Below, one piece after another: positions 60,336 to 64,000 of a DNA stretch of 64,000 bases. Where the stretch lies: contig CAZHOB010000001.1 of NCBI GenBank assembly GCA_964534465.1, positions 33,870 to 97,869 on the forward strand, read 5' to 3'. The stretch is from an uncultured Candidatus Saccharibacteria bacterium. GTDB taxonomy: Bacteria; Patescibacteriota; Minisyncoccia; Phycocordibacterales; UBA2100. Position 1 is the stretch's first letter. The number at the start of each line of letters is the position of its first letter. Made by a program: the position numbers and the translations under genes. The notes under the pieces were generated by a model, which searched no databases, was not told the origin of the DNA, and saw nothing but the letters and a program-made list of their open reading frames with translations.

Positions 60336-61220
60336 TTATTGCGTGACATGTGACCATGCCTGGAGCATAAAGTCACGCGCACGAGCTGGTGTTCGCGGTG
60401 TATTTCCCCTGAATAACCATTTAAGATCGCTCACCTCGGCGTAGTCATTCGCGACATTAGCGTTATCCATGTCGTCATAAACCTTATCCAGTACCGCGAG
60501 GGCGATGTCGCGGTATGAGCGATCCCCCGCGAAGGTATCGGGAGGAACATTCCAGATAAGACATTCGATGAAAAACGATGGCATATCCCCGCCGCGCAGA
60601 AGCCCTTTGTCCTTAAGGTCGTTGCGAAGATTTTTGAATATGCGTACCACCGACTTGAATCGGCGCGATGTGCTCTCGTTTTTGGCTATGCCGTTATCGT
60701 AATGCTGCTCCGGATAGCTATAGATCGTCTGGTTGTCGTCTGTAATGAGGCCGATGCCTTCGGCGGCAGATACACCAAATGAGCGATATCGGGTATGGGG
60801 AAAAGCAGGCACAACGTCGGCATGAACTCGTGTTGAGCTACCTCCGACACGAACGCATTTATTTTTTCTTTCGACACCACCGAACTCTTCGCGAAGAACG
60901 TTATACACTTCGGCCTTGAACTGAGGGAAGGTGTATGTAGCGGGACTCGAGACACTCTTATGCAGCTCCTTGTCCGCCGGCGTCAACGCAGAAATGTCCG
61001 GAAAATAAGTCGCATCGTGAATGACTGCGAGGTCCACATCGCTATCGAGACGGATGTTCGTGCGGTTGTGATGCGATCCCTGGCGGATGAAGGAAATGCG
61101 GTCGCCGAAGTGTGATCGGAGCGCCTCGCTGATATCGCTTATGGCATTAGTGCATCTTTCGCTCTCCGTCTCGCTCGGAGGGTTTGCCCATCTTGTTATT
61201 TGGTCGTTGTTTATACTCAT
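60336..61220 (-). CDS. cGAS/DncV-like nucleotidyltransferase, CdnE-like (CBASS cyclase)
   Basis: W.NPPSETE...C.NA, QGS..N.TN.R.DSDVD, ADVVPAF, YPEQHY.NG.AKN, FK.VVRI.K, PSFFIECLIWNVP. Confidence 0.88.
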   Translation of the reverse strand: MSINNDQITRWANPPSETESERCTNAISDISEALRSHFGDRISFIRQGSHHNRTNIRLDSDVDLAVIHDATYFPDISALTPADKELHKSVSSPATYTFPQFKAEVYNVLREEFGGVERKNKCVRVGGSSTRVHADVVPAFPHTRYRSFGVSAAEGIGLITDDNQTIYSYPEQHYDNGIAKNESTSRRFKSVVRIFKNLRNDLKDKGLLRGGDMPSFFIECLIWNVPPDTFAGDRSYRDIALAVLDKVYDDMDNANVANDYAEVSDLKWLFRGNTPRTPARARDFMLQAWSHVTQ

Positions 61221-61232
61221 GACGCGCCGTTT

Positions 61233-61415
61233 TCATGGCACGTTCATCTTGACAAAACGGTAGTGGAAAGCAACCGGCATGAAAATACCCCCGGCCGCTT
61301 TCGCAGCCGAGGGCATAACGCGCACATACACTAATTCCTGAGAGCTCCACCAATAGATCGCGGCGGCAAGGAGCAGGCCGATCGCGAAGAAGAACAAGCG
61401 CCAGTGCCATCTCAT
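61233..61415 (-). CDS. Small single-TM hypothetical protein
   Basis: 60 aa, overlaps the upstream stop, hydrophobic N-terminus. Confidence 0.45.
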   Translation of the reverse strand: MRWHWRLFFFAIGLLLAAAIYWWSSQELVYVRVMPSAAKAAGGIFMPVAFHYRFVKMNVP

Positions 61416-61969
61416 AGGGCAAAGGATTTGATTGCCTCAGACGCTTCCTGCTTCGTCATATCGCTGACCGACGATGCGTAGTTCTCGCGGTCTGCCTCGC
61501 TCAGATGGAGAGAAGCAAGCTGCAAGAGGTATTCCCGTTGCTTCGGCGTAATCGGCTCGTAATCATGTGCCGGTGCTGCGCTCTCGACATTTCGGATGCT
61601 GTCATACACCTTGGCGGCCTTAACAACACTGTCAGAAATTGCGCCGTTGAAAGCACTGTAGATCGCACGGCTGACGTAGCGGTTGTTGCTCGGGTTGATG
61701 ATCGCACTGCCGCGGCCTTCGGATATGACCTCGCCATTCTTCGTGAGCGTGCAGAGGAATGCGACAACGCCATCGCGCTTCATGGCATCGATAGTCGCCA
61801 CATCTTCTACAACCTTGGCTGTAAGAGTGTGACTACCGACGCATTTCTCTATGAGAGCGCGTATCGGATTTTCCTTATGATTAATGTTGGACGCTATCTT
61901 GCGCACCTCTGCCACTGAACGCGGCTTGGGCTGATACGGGGACGGATAGCGAGTTGTTACGTTTTTCAT
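61412..61969 (-). CDS. Hypothetical protein, possibly a phage single-strand annealing (Rad52/ERF-like) protein
   Basis: Beta-beta-GRG-helix core plus C-terminal PITPKQ..YL..L and MTKQEAS.AI motifs, which resemble phage recombination proteins. Confidence 0.55.
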   Translation of the reverse strand: MKNVTTRYPSPYQPKPRSVAEVRKIASNINHKENPIRALIEKCVGSHTLTAKVVEDVATIDAMKRDGVVAFLCTLTKNGEVISEGRGSAIINPSNNRYVSRAIYSAFNGAISDSVVKAAKVYDSIRNVESAAPAHDYEPITPKQREYLLQLASLHLSEADRENYASSVSDMTKQEASEAIKSFAL

Positions 61970-62153
61970 GTTCTTTTATTTTTCTAACGGTAATAAGACC
62001 CCTCGTGTAATAGACCTCTATTTCGGTCCCCACGGCGAATCCCATGTTTTCGAGCTGGCGATTGGCCACTTTCAACATAGGAGTTGTGTCAGTCCCTGGA
62101 GCGCGGGATATGACCATTCTTTTGGAGAGCAGAATACTCTTTATGTGTTCCAT
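61881..62153 (-). CDS. SymE/AbrB-fold small protein
   Basis: PMLKVANRQLENMGFAVGTEIEV....GLITV resembles the SymE consensus; 3' end overlaps the next gene. Confidence 0.6.
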   Translation of the reverse strand: MEHIKSILLSKRMVISRAPGTDTTPMLKVANRQLENMGFAVGTEIEVYYTRGLITVRKIKEHEKRNNSLSVPVSAQAAFSGRGAQDSVQH

Positions 62154-62364
62154 CGGATGCGTGCATGACTAAACAGCACGCGCTACGACCATGTGCGCGT
62201 AAAAGGTGTGATGCTTTGCTATTAATTAATTCCTTTCACCCATTGAAGTCGTACTGAGCGAACAGCGGGGGTGGAGGGGGGGGTATTTCGGTTGGGACTC
62301 CCACGACATAAGGAACCATGGAGTAGGTCACCCGCACGGACCGCCGAGTGCTAAAATACGTCGT

Positions 62365-62634
62365 ATGTCGGGCTATTTTTGGATACTCGCATTCACTATC
62401 GCCAGCATCATATTCGGGGGGCGGTTAGCCTTTGACGAAAAATTCGTACGAAGGATCTCCAGGGACGAAAAGAGATGGGAAGGTTACCCCGAAGCAAGAA
62501 AATTTTGGACTCCCGAAGCTTATTACCACTACGTCAGATATGGCATTGGCCTGAGCACATTTTGCGGAGGAGTATATGTGCTCGCGGTGGTCTTATACAA
62601 GATGTACACGGTATACTACCTTGGCCAACCATGA
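62365..62634 (+). CDS. Small 2-TM hypothetical protein
   Basis: TG-TAAAAT 7 nt upstream; two hydrophobic segments. Confidence 0.7.
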   Translation: MSGYFWILAFTIASIIFGGRLAFDEKFVRRISRDEKRWEGYPEARKFWTPEAYYHYVRYGIGLSTFCGGVYVLAVVLYKMYTVYYLGQP

Positions 62635-63050
62635 ATGAATCGACGTTCACATCACTCGAAAAAGAGGGGGTGAAGTACCTCATAGAGTTCAGCGACTTGT
62701 CTGATGAATCTAAAGAGGTGCTTCGCAAGCAGTTCGAGACGGCAGAGCTCGAAAAAAGGGATGTTGATGGTGCGGGGTTTTTTACATACTTTACTATTCC
62801 CGCCGACGTTCCGCGTTTAGATAAAAAAGAAAGAATTGTATTGGACGCCGTTTCCGTGGATGTAAATGGTGTCGCCAACGCGGGTGCACTTCTTCTTTTT
62901 GTAGATGAAGGGGTCATACATATACTGGAGGGCTTCACGCAGGCCGTCACAGAATGGTCTCCGTACGAGGGCGAGCCATACAAACTCAAACGCATCATAT
63001 GGGAGAAGAAGGAGGATGGCTCAAAGACCGGCGAATCAGTCGACATTTGA
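62631..63050 (+). CDS. Hypothetical protein, immunity-protein-like
   Basis: ATGA-coupled; R..DGAGFFTYF and LLFVDEG.I..LEGFT...W pattern. Confidence 0.65.
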   Translation: MNESTFTSLEKEGVKYLIEFSDLSDESKEVLRKQFETAELEKRDVDGAGFFTYFTIPADVPRLDKKERIVLDAVSVDVNGVANAGALLLFVDEGVIHILEGFTQAVTEWSPYEGEPYKLKRIIWEKKEDGSKTGESVDI

Positions 63051-63077
63051 TCACCTGAACTCTAATAGACTGGTGGT

Positions 63078-63443
63078 ATGGCATGGAAACCACCGCTGAA
63101 GCACCTGAAAAGAAAAGAATTGTTAGACAGGGAGCGCTTCTTCCTAATGCTTTCGAAACATAACAATTACATGGATCCGGTGGCGCTGGGGCACGTGTAT
63201 CTATGTATCGTGACCGCAATCATGGAGGATCTGCGCAAGCACAAATTCGTTCGGCTCCCTGTATTGGGTGATCTCGCATTGATACGACAAAAGGCGCGGC
63301 CAGCGTGGGTCGGGAAGGCTCATTGCGTCATCGATGGCCGCGAAGTATTGAAATTCTACCCAAACGAAAGTCTCAGACGGCAGATGAATGCGCGGCAGCC
63401 GATCGTATTCCTCGCACATATGCCTCCACCGCCGATAAAATAG
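63078..63443 (+). CDS. Divergent HU/IHF-like DNA-binding protein
   Basis: I..DL.K...VRLP.LG.L.....KAR...I....VLKF.P...LR..MN follows the HU pattern. Confidence 0.65.
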   Translation: MAWKPPLKHLKRKELLDRERFFLMLSKHNNYMDPVALGHVYLCIVTAIMEDLRKHKFVRLPVLGDLALIRQKARPAWVGKAHCVIDGREVLKFYPNESLRRQMNARQPIVFLAHMPPPPIK

Positions 63444-63538
63444 GCGCATCCCTGTTTATCGGGATTGTGTTCAGTACTTGCGCACGGGCGGGCAAAATAT
63501 ATTCGAGCGCTTGCCCCCAAGCGTGGTAATCTTTATTT

Positions 63539-63937
63539 GTGGCAACCGTACAGAGCAAGGCAGGGGTCATTAAGGCTAGCCTGACGTTTTACATTGGTAC
63601 AAATCTTTTTTATGCCGCATTTTATATACTGCCGACATATCTCATTGCGCTCTTCTTACCGAATCTCTATGTCGGTTTTGTCCTTTTGATTTGCGCCCCC
63701 GCTGCTCTCTGGTTTACCATCCAATTCTCGGCCAAGCAGGTGCACAGTGTCTATGAGTTCGACACCCAGAAGGTTTTTCGAGCCGCCTTTGCCTTATTCA
63801 TAGTCATCAATATCGGAGTCGTCTATTACACAAAAATGGCCACTGGCGCATGGTATGTAAGTCTTGCTGACCTCATCAGCATAGCCAACATCATTGTTTA
63901 TTTCGTGGCCGCAAAAAAGTACCTGAATAGAAAATAG
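63539..63937 (+). CDS. Hypothetical 4-TM membrane protein
   Basis: GTG 6 nt after TAATCT; four hydrophobic segments; lower GC. Confidence 0.7.
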   Translation: MATVQSKAGVIKASLTFYIGTNLFYAAFYILPTYLIALFLPNLYVGFVLLICAPAALWFTIQFSAKQVHSVYEFDTQKVFRAAFALFIVINIGVVYYTKMATGAWYVSLADLISIANIIVYFVAAKKYLNRK

Positions 63938-64000
63938 CGCAGAGGAGCATGGAACCACAGGGGCAAATGAAACTAATGCGACAGCCAACCTCTTACGGCA

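Overview
This 64 kb window is bacterial, uses genetic code 11, and by gene content and style is most consistent with a CPR/Patescibacteria (Parcubacteria-like) genome; that assignment is an inference. The core genes are a dcw cluster split into two convergent halves (mraY-ftsW-murG on +; mraZ-rsmH-ftsL-like-ftsI-murF on -), gltX, cysS, leuS, rpmA, rplI, ychF, an F1Fo ATP synthase operon interrupted by three extra genes, ahcY, tRNA-Glu(CTC), and a 2-hydroxyacid dehydrogenase/glycerate 2-kinase/enolase/pyruvate kinase operon. The most notable observations are: (1) a winged-HTH gene bounded exactly by two copies of a 33-bp repeat containing a 28-bp palindrome; (2) a CBASS-like CdnE cyclase with Ser at the predicted specificity position, next to an atypical 3-TM gene, in a decayed mobile region; (3) a LeuRS with inserted serine-hydrolase and Nudix domains; (4) a 591-aa orphan coupled to an unannotated Pro-rich 58-aa peptide; (5) several 1-2 gene islets flanked by short direct repeats with no integrase; (6) pervasive leaderless-type promoters; and (7) dispersed palindromes and a MITE. 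All protein family calls come from motif recognition by eye; no database searches were run.
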